From NCBI GenBank assembly GCA_963667665.2, contig OY763927.2, positions 1,632,001 to 1,696,000 on the forward strand: a stretch of DNA of 64,000 bases, given 5' to 3'. The notes below the pieces were generated by a model, which saw nothing but the letters and a program-made list of their open reading frames with translations, did no database searches and was not told where the DNA came from. A program made the position numbers and the translations under genes. Numbering within the stretch: the stretch's first letter is position 1; every line of letters begins with the position of its first letter. This document shows, piece after piece, positions 1 to 8,811 of the stretch. Source of the stretch: Nitrosopumilus sp. (GTDB lineage: Archaea > Thermoproteota > Nitrososphaeria > Nitrososphaerales > Nitrosopumilaceae).

Positions 1-1158
1 GTAGGTAAACTCATGGAGATGCCAGTATCAAAAGAAGTACTTGGTAGAGTTTTTGATGGATTAGGTAGACCAAAAGATGGACTACCAGATCCAATTGCTG
101 ATAAATTTGTTGACATTAATGGTGAACCAATGAATCCAGAACAACGTGAATATCCAAAAGACTTCATTCAAACGGGCGTATCTGTAATTGATGGATTAAT
201 GACTCTAGTTAGAGGACAAAAACTTCCAATCTTTTCAGGTTCTGGTATGTCTCACAACCTTTTAGCAGCACAAATTGCAAGACAAGCAAGTGTTGTTGGA
301 ACAAAAGATGACTTTGCTGTAGTCTTTGCAGCCATTGGTGTGCAATACAGTGAAGCAGAATATTTCAGAAAAAGTCTTGAAGATTCTGGTGCACTAAAGA
401 GAAGTGTTCTATTTCTAAATACTGCAGATGATCCTGCAATTGAAAGAATTATCACTCCACGTGTGGCCTTAACTGTCGCTGAATATTTGGCATTTGATTT
501 AGGAATGCACGTTTTAGTTGTAATGACTGACATGACAAACTATGCAGAAGCATTAAGAGAGATTAGTGCAGCAAGAGAAGAAGTCCCTGGAAGAAAAGGC
601 TATCCTGGATATCTTTACACTGACCTCTCAACAATCTATGAAAGAGCAGGTAAACTACAGGGAAGAAAAGGAAGTGTAACACAAGTTCCAATTTTATCAA
701 TGCCATCTGATGATATTACTCACCCCATCCCTGACCTTACTGGTTACATTACAGAGGGGCAAATAGTAGTTGGTAGAGATTTGTTCAGACAAGGAATTTA
801 TCCTCCAATCAATATTTTGATGAGTCTTAGTAGACTGATGAAAGACGGAATTGGTGAAGGTAGTACCAGAGCAGATCATAGTGAAGTTGCTAATCAAGTT
901 TATGATGCATATTCTAGAGCACAAGAAGTAAGAGCACTAGCAGGTATTGTAGGTAAAACAGGACTAACTGAAATTGATTTGAAATACATGGATGTTGGTG
1001 ATGTCTTTGAAAAAGAATTCCTTTCACAAGCAACTGATGAGAATAGAACCATTGAAGAAACACTTGGTATCTTGTGGAAAATTGTTTCTAAACTTCCAAA
1101 AAATGAGATTACTAAAATCAAAGACAAATACGTAGACCAATATTATCAGGAAAAATAA
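1..1158 (+). CDS. atpB: A/V-type ATP synthase subunit B (5' truncated by window edge)
   Basis: Motifs [47 protein letters not shown]; frame open from base 1. Confidence 0.97.
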   Translation, partial: VGKLMEMPVSKEVLGRVFDGLGRPKDGLPDPIADKFVDINGEPMNPEQREYPKDFIQTGVSVIDGLMTLVRGQKLPIFSGSGMSHNLLAAQIARQASVVGTKDDFAVVFAAIGVQYSEAEYFRKSLEDSGALKRSVLFLNTADDPAIERIITPRVALTVAEYLAFDLGMHVLVVMTDMTNYAEALREISAAREEVPGRKGYPGYLYTDLSTIYERAGKLQGRKGSVTQVPILSMPSDDITHPIPDLTGYITEGQIVVGRDLFRQGIYPPINILMSLSRLMKDGIGEGSTRADHSEVANQVYDAYSRAQEVRALAGIVGKTGLTEIDLKYMDVGDVFEKEFLSQATDENRTIEETLGILWKIVSKLPKNEITKIKDKYVDQYYQEK

Positions 1159-1162
1159 TAAA

Positions 1163-1798
1163 ATGTCATTTGGACAAAATGTCTCTGCAACAAAAATTGA
1201 ACTTTTAAAATTTAAAAAATCTAGCCAAGTCGCCACTATGGTTCGAAAAATTTTAGATGATAAACGTAAAGTTCTCTTAAAGAACATTGAAAAAATGATT
1301 GTAGAAGCCTCAAAAGCAAGAGGTGGAATTTGGGATCCTTTACAAGATATCTACAAGTCAGTTAATGAAGCATATTTAGCCTTAGGAACTGATACTGTTG
1401 ACTCTGTTGCAGAATCCACACCACCTGTAATGCAAGTAGATGTTCATGTAAGAAGAGTTGTTGATGTAAAGATTCCAGCACTTACAGTAACTGAAAAAGA
1501 CACAAAATCAATGCCTTATGGATTTGCTGATACAAATTCTTCAATTGATAGAGCAGCAAAACAAATCAAAGAACTACTTCCAAAAATTTGTAAAGCAGCA
1601 GAATATGAAAATTCAATCTTTAGCCTTGCAAAAGCATTAGAAAAGACCCAAAAATTGTTAAATGCTCTTGAAAATGTAATTATTCCACAATATCAACATA
1701 ACATTCGATTTATTGCTCAAGCCCTTGAAGAAAAAGAAAGAGAAGAATTTGCAAAGTTAAAAAAAGTCAAAGCAAAGATACAAAGTAGGAAATCATGA
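1163..1798 (+). CDS. atpD: A/V-type ATP synthase subunit D
   Basis: LEKTQKLLNALENVIIP and LEEKEREEF motifs; directly follows atpB. Confidence 0.95.
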   Translation: MSFGQNVSATKIELLKFKKSSQVATMVRKILDDKRKVLLKNIEKMIVEASKARGGIWDPLQDIYKSVNEAYLALGTDTVDSVAESTPPVMQVDVHVRRVVDVKIPALTVTEKDTKSMPYGFADTNSSIDRAAKQIKELLPKICKAAEYENSIFSLAKALEKTQKLLNALENVIIPQYQHNIRFIAQALEEKEREEFAKLKKVKAKIQSRKS

Positions 1799-1926
1799 CA
1801 AAAGAAGAAATTAAAAAATTAGTCGAGAATTCTAAAAAGACGTTAGATAACGATCATGAGAATTTTGCTAAATCAATTAAAGATGATCTAACATCATTCA
1901 AAAAGAAAACACTTGATCAAATTTAG
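1795..1926 (+). CDS. Small 43-aa helical protein in the ATPase operon (MTKEEIKKLVENSKKTLDNDHENFAKSIKDDLTSFKKKTLDQI)
   Basis: ATGA overlap with the atpD stop; read by hand, below the ORF-track cutoff. Confidence 0.65.
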   Translation: MTKEEIKKLVENSKKTLDNDHENFAKSIKDDLTSFKKKTLDQI

Positions 1927-1977
1927 TGCTATCATATCATCATGATTTAAATATAGAATTATGAGGAATTCAGACAG

Positions 1978-2289
1978 ATGAAACCTATTGTTTTATTGTT
2001 ATCAGTAGCAGCAATTGCATTAGTAGCTGCAGGTCTTACAGATGTAGCATATGCTCAAGAAGAATCTACTGCTAGCATGAGTGATGGCTCCAAACTAATT
2101 GGTGCTGGTATAGCATTTGGTGTTGCAGCAGGCGGTGCCGGTGTTGGTTTAGGTCAAGTAGGTGCAGCAGGTCTTGCAGTAATTAGTGAGAATCCTGCAT
2201 TACAATCCAAAGTATTCATCTTTGTAGGAATGGTAGAATCAATCGCTATCTATGGTATAGTTATGATGTTTATCATCTTAGGACAATAA
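1978..2289 (+). CDS. atpK: ATP synthase proteolipid subunit c/K with N-terminal signal-like extension
   Basis: Gly-rich helix GAGIAFGVAAGGAGVGLG, ENP loop, carboxylate in GMVESIAIYG. Confidence 0.93.
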   Translation: MKPIVLLLSVAAIALVAAGLTDVAYAQEESTASMSDGSKLIGAGIAFGVAAGGAGVGLGQVGAAGLAVISENPALQSKVFIFVGMVESIAIYGIVMMFIILGQ

Positions 2290-2318
2290 ACCACAACAAT
2301 ATCTTTTTCAAATTTAAT

Positions 2319-2780
2319 TTAATTATACTTTAGCTGATTTACATCTAATACTCTTGCACAATATCTACACTTGAGTACTCTTCCTTCCTTGTCCATAACA
2401 TCCATTACTGATTCAATGTGTTCTGTACTATTTGTGATACAGTCTGGATTTGAGCAACGAAAGATTCTATCAATCTCATTTGGAAGTGCAACCCTTCTCT
2501 TTTCAACTAGCTTGTAGTTTTTGATAATGTTAATTGTTGCCTTTGGTACAATGACTGCAAGTTTGTTTGTATCATCATCTTTTAGAAATTTATTTTCTAC
2601 TTTTATGATGTCTTTTTTCTTGAATTTTCCACTTGGAACATTCAAGGCTATGGTAATTAGACTACCATCTTTACCATCAATTCTTAATGCATTTAGAACT
2701 TGAAGACCCTTACCTTCGTCAATATGGTCAATAACAGTACCCTCCTTGATTCGTCGAACTAAAAGTTCGGACTGGTCCAT
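2319..2780 (-). CDS. pyrI: Aspartate carbamoyltransferase regulatory subunit
   Basis: GTVIDHI, KKDIIKVE, CSNPDCIT...CRYC zinc site. Confidence 0.97.
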   Translation of the reverse strand: MDQSELLVRRIKEGTVIDHIDEGKGLQVLNALRIDGKDGSLITIALNVPSGKFKKKDIIKVENKFLKDDDTNKLAVIVPKATINIIKNYKLVEKRRVALPNEIDRIFRCSNPDCITNSTEHIESVMDVMDKEGRVLKCRYCARVLDVNQLKYN

Positions 2781-2821
2781 CAGAATACTTTGTATAGTCT
2801 CCTGTATATATTATTGAAAGA

Positions 2822-3751
2822 ATGAACGAGTTCTATCAAAAAGATATCATCTCAATTAAGGAATTTGATAAAGGAAAACTAGAGAAAATCTTTGTCTCAA
2901 CAAATAAAATTATGAAACTAGATCCAATAGAGCGAAGGGAAATATGTAAAGGAAAAACTTTAGCTTATCTATTTTATGAGCCAAGTACTAGAACTCGTCT
3001 CAGTTTTGATGCTGCTATGGCATCAATTGGTGGCAATTCCTTAGGAATCTCTGATATCACTTCTTCTTCTACACAAAAAGGTGAAAGTCTTGCTGATACT
3101 GTACGAATAATGTCAATTTACTCTGATGTTTTAGTACTAAGACACACTATGGATGGTTCAAGTAGATTTGCATCTGAAGTTTCAAACAAACCTGTAATTA
3201 ATGCAGGTAGTGGTACAGAAGAGCATCCAACTCAAGCAATTCAGGATTTGTTTACAATTAAGAAAGAAAAGAAAAAGATTGATGGTCTAAAGATTGGAAT
3301 TGTAGGTGATCTAAAGTATGGACGAACTGTTTATTCTCTGTTGTATGGACTTGGAAATTATGATGTTGATGTTCGTTTAATTTCTCCAGAATCCCTTAGA
3401 ATACGTTCTGATTCAGTTTATGAAATCAAAAAGAGATTATCTTATACAGAATCTACTGATATTGAAGAACACATTGATGAACTTGATGTTCTTTATGTAA
3501 CAAGAATCCAAAAGGAGAGATTTCCTGATGAAGAAGAATATCTCAAAGTCAAAGGAAGCTATGTAGTAGGATTGGATTTATTAAAACAAATGAAAGAGGA
3601 TTCTATAATTTTACATCCCCTTCCAAGATTAGATGAAATTTCAACTGATGTTGATAATACAAAAAATGCCAAGTACTTTGAGCAAGCTGAATATGGAAAA
3701 TATACGCGTGCAGCTCTATTAGGCCTGATACTTAATGAGAACGGTTTTTAA
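2822..3751 (+). CDS. pyrB: Aspartate carbamoyltransferase catalytic subunit
   Basis: FYEPSTRTRLSF, HPTQ, GDLKYGRTVYSL, HPLPR. Confidence 0.98.
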   Translation: MNEFYQKDIISIKEFDKGKLEKIFVSTNKIMKLDPIERREICKGKTLAYLFYEPSTRTRLSFDAAMASIGGNSLGISDITSSSTQKGESLADTVRIMSIYSDVLVLRHTMDGSSRFASEVSNKPVINAGSGTEEHPTQAIQDLFTIKKEKKKIDGLKIGIVGDLKYGRTVYSLLYGLGNYDVDVRLISPESLRIRSDSVYEIKKRLSYTESTDIEEHIDELDVLYVTRIQKERFPDEEEYLKVKGSYVVGLDLLKQMKEDSIILHPLPRLDEISTDVDNTKNAKYFEQAEYGKYTRAALLGLILNENGF

Positions 3752-3803
3752 TTTATTTGAGACTCCGTATTCAATATATCTAGAGACATTTCAATATGAT
3801 TAG

Positions 3804-4514
3804 TTGACTCAAACAAAACTAATCCCAATATTTCCTTTAGATCTAGTTTTATTTCCTAGACAGGAACTTCCACTTCGAATCTTTGAGCCTCGTTACAAGC
3901 AATTAGTTGATGATTGTATGCTAGGTGATGGTCAGTTTGGTGTGTGTTTGATTGATGAAAAAAATTCTGTAAACGGTTGGAATTCTCCTAAACTAGTAGG
4001 GACAATTGCCAAAATTACAAAGTGTGAAGACGTTCAACTTGATGGATTACAATTACACATTGAGACTATAGGCAGAAACTCTTTTAAAATTAAGAAAATT
4101 ATTTCTCCATCAATTCCTCAACCTACAAACTATGATCCATTTTCAGTAGAAGGACATCAAGAAATATCTGAAATGCATGAGAAAGTTGGAACTGGAGAGA
4201 AAATGTACATACAAGCTGAAGTTGAAATGATTCCAGAAATTGATGAGAACATTTCAATTAACCAATGGGAAAAACTAGTTGAATTATGGAAAAAGAAAGT
4301 TGTTACACAAGCATTACCTCAAATTGTTGAACCACATTCATTAGAACATGTTTTAGAACAGTACTATCTTACTACTGATACACCTACAATTGATTACATT
4401 TATTCATTGTCTGCACTTGGTGCAAATGATCCAAATGATCTTCAACCTATTTTGGAGGCTACAACAATGGATGATTTGCTTCAAAAAGTTGATGAATTAC
4501 TGACAGTAAAATAA
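3804..4514 (+). CDS. Lon protease N-terminal substrate-binding domain protein
   Basis: IPIFPLDLVLFP...LPLRIFEPRYKQLVDDC motif. Confidence 0.85.
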   Translation: MTQTKLIPIFPLDLVLFPRQELPLRIFEPRYKQLVDDCMLGDGQFGVCLIDEKNSVNGWNSPKLVGTIAKITKCEDVQLDGLQLHIETIGRNSFKIKKIISPSIPQPTNYDPFSVEGHQEISEMHEKVGTGEKMYIQAEVEMIPEIDENISINQWEKLVELWKKKVVTQALPQIVEPHSLEHVLEQYYLTTDTPTIDYIYSLSALGANDPNDLQPILEATTMDDLLQKVDELLTVK

Positions 4515-4524
4515 CCCTAATGGA

Positions 4525-5898
4525 ATGAAAATAATGTTGTCATTAACAAAATTTGGAATATTTGTAATGGTTGTGTGCTTGTTATTTCCAGCAAGTAGTG
4601 TTTATGGACATGGAACAGGAATTGATAAAATTTCTTCAATAGATATCCAAGGCAAGGAAATCTCAATTACAGTTGAGATGCCAATGTATTTTGAAAATGA
4701 TCGAGAACAAATTACAATTACTGCAACTGAAAAGGAAACAAAAGAAAATGCAAAAAATATTACATTTCTAATTGGTTTGTTTCATAACAATGAAATGATT
4801 TTTAGAAACTATTTCTTTGCAGAAGATGGTGTTTTACCAATTAAAATAATACCAACACAAGAAGGTAAAGTTACAATTCATGGTGAACAAGACTCTTTGC
4901 TTGGAGCATGGCATGGAACAGAATCTAATCCTATAGAAATTACAGGACCTTTGTTTAATTCAGGTGGATTGTATAATTTTGAGATTGAAGTAAGAACCAT
5001 TGATGAACCAACTAACATCATAGAGGATTCTGGTATCTATAATGCAGATTTGAGTATTATTGAGACCACCTCTTTCATTCAAAAAGATACAGAAAATCAT
5101 GATGTGGAATTTAGTGTAAAGTCATATTTTGATAAAATTTCTAATTTTGAATATGATTCTGAGGCTAAACAGGTAACATTTGAGATGCCATTTGACTGGA
5201 GTGAAAAACAAATGTCTCATGTGCCTGTGGTCCATGTAGAAGTTCATTTTCCAAAAGATCTCACTGAATTTTTCACTCCTGGTTATTCAGGAGATGCAAA
5301 TGGAATTAAGTTATTCAAGTCTTCAGTAACAATTGATGATTATACAGAAGAAGATGAAAGAATAGTTCATTTTGTTTTGTTACAAGATCATCTAAGAATT
5401 TTGAAAAATGACATGAAAAAATCAAATGAATCATTACCTGATAATATTATATTTACATTATTTACTGGAAATGAAATCGAATTACCTTTAATTGCGTATA
5501 CAAAAAGTGAGGACTTTAAAGTAAATCTTTCATGGGATCCTGTAGAGATAGAACCTGGAATCAACACAAACTTTGTTTTTACTATTAGAGATGGACAAAC
5601 TAGTGAACCATTAAGAAATTCTGATTATACATTTATAATTATTCAAAATGGTAAGGAGATTTATCGTACATCAGGATCAGCAATAATTGGTGGTGATTTT
5701 GAAAAATACACATTTGGAGAAGATCAGACAGGTCCAATGATAATAAAATTTGAAAACATTCGAAATACTGGAGAAGAAGTTGAGTTTGGAATTGTTGTAG
5801 CACCAGAATTTGGAGCTGTAACATTAATTATTTTAGTAATTTCAATAACTGCAGTAATTTTTGTTACTCGAAGAAATTCTTTTAGATTAAGTGTCTAA
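4525..5898 (+). CDS. Secreted PEFG-CTERM surface protein
   Basis: Signal peptide; C-terminal APEFG + TM helix + RR; core paralogous to 15391..17112. Confidence 0.85.
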   Translation: MKIMLSLTKFGIFVMVVCLLFPASSVYGHGTGIDKISSIDIQGKEISITVEMPMYFENDREQITITATEKETKENAKNITFLIGLFHNNEMIFRNYFFAEDGVLPIKIIPTQEGKVTIHGEQDSLLGAWHGTESNPIEITGPLFNSGGLYNFEIEVRTIDEPTNIIEDSGIYNADLSIIETTSFIQKDTENHDVEFSVKSYFDKISNFEYDSEAKQVTFEMPFDWSEKQMSHVPVVHVEVHFPKDLTEFFTPGYSGDANGIKLFKSSVTIDDYTEEDERIVHFVLLQDHLRILKNDMKKSNESLPDNIIFTLFTGNEIELPLIAYTKSEDFKVNLSWDPVEIEPGINTNFVFTIRDGQTSEPLRNSDYTFIIIQNGKEIYRTSGSAIIGGDFEKYTFGEDQTGPMIIKFENIRNTGEEVEFGIVVAPEFGAVTLIILVISITAVIFVTRRNSFRLSV

Positions 5899-6278
5899 AG
5901 TGCAACAAGCTTTACAGTATCCATGTTTCTATTTGTCTGAAAATCTTTTGTCATTGTAGATACTTTTTCTGCATCGCCATTCATAACAAAAAGTTCCATA
6001 CATTTTTCTTTCTCAATCTTACTATGAAGATGTGTTATAATTAGATCCTCAAAGTTATGAGTAATTCCTGAAACAACATGATCAAATTCGTCATTGTGTA
6101 CAACTAAAAGAATTGCATGAATATCTCCAGCCAAATCTGACTTTTGTTTTTCTTCAGAAACAAATGCTCTGATTCCTGCTCTGATGGCTTCAGATCTTCC
6201 TGAAAATCCCATAGATGATTGTAGTTTGTCTAATTCTGAGAGAATTTCATCATTTAAGGAGATTGAAACTATTGGCAT
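5895..6278 (-). CDS. NikR/CopG-family metal-responsive regulator
   Basis: RHH N-terminus (IVSISL...SRSEAIRAGIR) and NikR-like H...HxH...C site (THNF, THLH, KCME). Confidence 0.88.
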   Translation of the reverse strand: MPIVSISLNDEILSELDKLQSSMGFSGRSEAIRAGIRAFVSEEKQKSDLAGDIHAILLVVHNDEFDHVVSGITHNFEDLIITHLHSKIEKEKCMELFVMNGDAEKVSTMTKDFQTNRNMDTVKLVAL

Positions 6279-6288
6279 ATGCCTAATG

Positions 6289-6350
6289 TTATTAATTATC
6301 TTATAAGTTTAGCAATTAATCTTATTAATATTTTATAGATTTATTAATAA
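6289..6350. promoter_or_regulatory. Divergent promoter region with three TTATTAAT copies (6289, 6322, 6341), candidate operator
   Basis: Repeated near-palindromic motif between the regulator and the ABC operon; AT-rich context weakens it. Confidence 0.3.
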
Positions 6351-6368
6351 TTTACATTGAGTTGTTTC

Positions 6369-7274
6369 ATGAATATACAAATCAAGCTTGCAATAATTGC
6401 AATAGCTGTAATAATTCCATTAAGCTCAATTGCTGTTTATGGAACTGACTCAAATCAGCAATTTACCCCAATTGATAGTTCAAAACTACAAGTTATCTCA
6501 TCATTTTATGCACTTCACGAATTTTCTCAAAATGTTGGACAAGAAAAAGTAGATGTTACTTTACTTGTACCTGTTGGAGTTGAACCTCATGATTGGGGGC
6601 CAACTATTAAAGATGTACAAAGAATGCAACAATCTGATTTAATAATTATCAATGGAATAGGTTTTGAAAATTGGGTTGATAATCTAAAAGAAACTAATTA
6701 CCAAGGAGTGATAGTTGATACAAGTAATGGAATTTTAGATAATAATCTTGGTCAAGAACAAATTAGTACTTCTGGAGATCCTCACATTTGGTTAAATCCA
6801 GTTTATGCAAAAATACAAGTTCAAAATATTGCAAATGCTTTTTCTAATTCAGATCCTAGCAATCAAGAATATTATCAATCAAACGCGGCAAAATATATTG
6901 AAGAATTAGAATTTCTTGATTTAAAAATTCGTAATGAATTATCTAATTGTAATCATGATTTTGTAGCTTTTCATGATGCATTTTCATATTTTGCAGATGA
7001 ATATAATTTAAATCAACACACAATTATTTCATCAAACGATCCACATGGAGAAGCTACAGCAAAAACATTAGAAAATATTATTTCTACATCCAAAGAACTA
7101 AACATTTCAGTTATTTTTAGTGAAGAGAATGTTAATACTAGAACATCTGAAATAATTGCAAATGAAATAGATGGCAAAGTTCTAGTTTTATCTACACTTG
7201 AAGTTTCATCTGATGGAACTTACATTTCTAAAATGACTGAAAATCTTAACAACTTAGAAGAGGCGTTATGTTGA
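6369..7274 (+). CDS. Zn/Mn-type metal ABC transporter substrate-binding protein (ZnuA-like)
   Basis: EPHDW, DPHIW, HDAF motifs; N-terminal membrane anchor. Confidence 0.92.
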   Translation: MNIQIKLAIIAIAVIIPLSSIAVYGTDSNQQFTPIDSSKLQVISSFYALHEFSQNVGQEKVDVTLLVPVGVEPHDWGPTIKDVQRMQQSDLIIINGIGFENWVDNLKETNYQGVIVDTSNGILDNNLGQEQISTSGDPHIWLNPVYAKIQVQNIANAFSNSDPSNQEYYQSNAAKYIEELEFLDLKIRNELSNCNHDFVAFHDAFSYFADEYNLNQHTIISSNDPHGEATAKTLENIISTSKELNISVIFSEENVNTRTSEIIANEIDGKVLVLSTLEVSSDGTYISKMTENLNNLEEALC

Positions 7275-7990
7275 AAGTAGTTGAAATTAATAATCTAACG
7301 GTTCAATATCCAGATGTCAAAGCACTTGATGATGTAAGTTTTATAATCAATTCAGGAGATTTTCTAGGCATAATTGGGCCTAATGGTGCTGGAAAATCAA
7401 CTCTTTTTGATTCAATGTTAGGACTTAACACAAAATACAAAGGAACTATCAAATTTTTTGGTGAGGATATAAAAAAATCAAAAAATTATCTCAAAGAAAT
7501 TGGATATGTGCCACAAAAACCAATCTTTGAAAAAAATTTTCCAGTTACAGTTAATGATGTTGTAAGAATGGGTTTAAGAAATGAATCTGATGAAAATAAA
7601 ATTGATGAAATTTTACAACAATTATGGATACATGAACTAAGCAACCGAAGAATTGGTGAATTGTCTGGTGGACAGCAACAAAGAGTCTTTATTGCAAAAG
7701 CTTTGGTAAATAATCCAAAAATTTTGATTCTTGATGAACCTGTAACCGGAATTGATCAACAAAGCATTGAATTGTTCTACAGTATACTTCGGGAATTAAA
7801 TTCAAAACAAAAAATTACTATTATCTGGTCTTCTCATGATTTGGACGCAGTTAATCAACTAGCAAATCATGTAGCATGTCTAAATAGAACATTATTTTTC
7901 CATGGAGAGTCTGAAAAATTCTTTTCTGATGATAAACTTGTTAAGCAATATTCTGAGGCCTCGATGCAAGAACATATGCATCATCATTAA
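7268..7990 (+). CDS. Metal ABC transporter ATPase (ZnuC-like)
   Basis: GPNGAGKST, LSGGQQQR, ILDEP; His-rich C-terminus. Confidence 0.94.
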   Translation: MLKVVEINNLTVQYPDVKALDDVSFIINSGDFLGIIGPNGAGKSTLFDSMLGLNTKYKGTIKFFGEDIKKSKNYLKEIGYVPQKPIFEKNFPVTVNDVVRMGLRNESDENKIDEILQQLWIHELSNRRIGELSGGQQQRVFIAKALVNNPKILILDEPVTGIDQQSIELFYSILRELNSKQKITIIWSSHDLDAVNQLANHVACLNRTLFFHGESEKFFSDDKLVKQYSEASMQEHMHHH

Positions 7991-7992
7991 TC

Positions 7993-8811
7993 ATGTCTCT
8001 AGAAATTCTAACTTACAGTTTTATGCATAGAGCATTGATTTCTGGAATTGCTATTGCAATTCTTTGTTCAGTTGTTGGATTATTTTTGGTATTAAGACGT
8101 TATTCATTATTTGGTGATGCAATTGCACATTCATCATTTGGTGGAATTGCATTAGGTTTGTTAGCAGGTGTTTATCCATTATGGACAGCTTATGGAGTTT
8201 CTATAGTTAGTGCACTAATAATTACCAAAATCAAAGACAGATACAACATATCTGGTGATGCATCAATTGCAGTACTTTTATCGTCAGGAATAGCAGTTGG
8301 GCTCGTAATTATTGGATTTTCAGGAGGCTTTACGATTGATATCTTTAGTTTTCTCTTTGGAAGTATTCTTCTTGTTAGCGTAGATGATACTATTTTGATC
8401 TTATCATTAACTGGAGTAATTCTAATTGTAATTTTATTACTATATCGACAAATTCTTTATTCTACATTTAATGAAGAACAGGCAAAAGTTAGTGGAATTC
8501 CTGTAGAAAAAATAAATTATTTGATTGTGTTTATGGCAGGAATTACTGTAGTTACATCAATTCAGCTTGTAGGAGTTTTGTTAATTTCCGCTTTGTTTGT
8601 GATTCCTAATGTAACTGCAATTATGTATGGTAAAGGTTTCAAACAAACAGCAATTATTTCAATGAGTTTTTCTGTCTTCTCTGTTGTTGTAGGAATTCTA
8701 ATCTCTTATGTTTTTGATATTACTCCTGCAGGAACTATTGTTTTGTTGTCAATTGCACTTCTTGCAGGAACTATGATAATAAAATCTGCTGGATTATTAT
8801 CTAAGAATTAA
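7993..8811 (+). CDS. Metal ABC transporter permease (ZnuB-like)
   Basis: VLRRYSLFGDAIAH, FLFGSIL; multiple TM helices. Confidence 0.94.
   Translation: MSLEILTYSFMHRALISGIAIAILCSVVGLFLVLRRYSLFGDAIAHSSFGGIALGLLAGVYPLWTAYGVSIVSALIITKIKDRYNISGDASIAVLLSSGIAVGLVIIGFSGGFTIDIFSFLFGSILLVSVDDTILILSLTGVILIVILLLYRQILYSTFNEEQAKVSGIPVEKINYLIVFMAGITVVTSIQLVGVLLISALFVIPNVTAIMYGKGFKQTAIISMSFSVFSVVVGILISYVFDITPAGTIVLLSIALLAGTMIIKSAGLLSKN

Noticed and set aside
252-1287. Minus-strand ORFs inside atpB/atpD, representative of many similar antisense ORFs across the window
   Set aside because: Fully antisense to conserved genes, with no motifs
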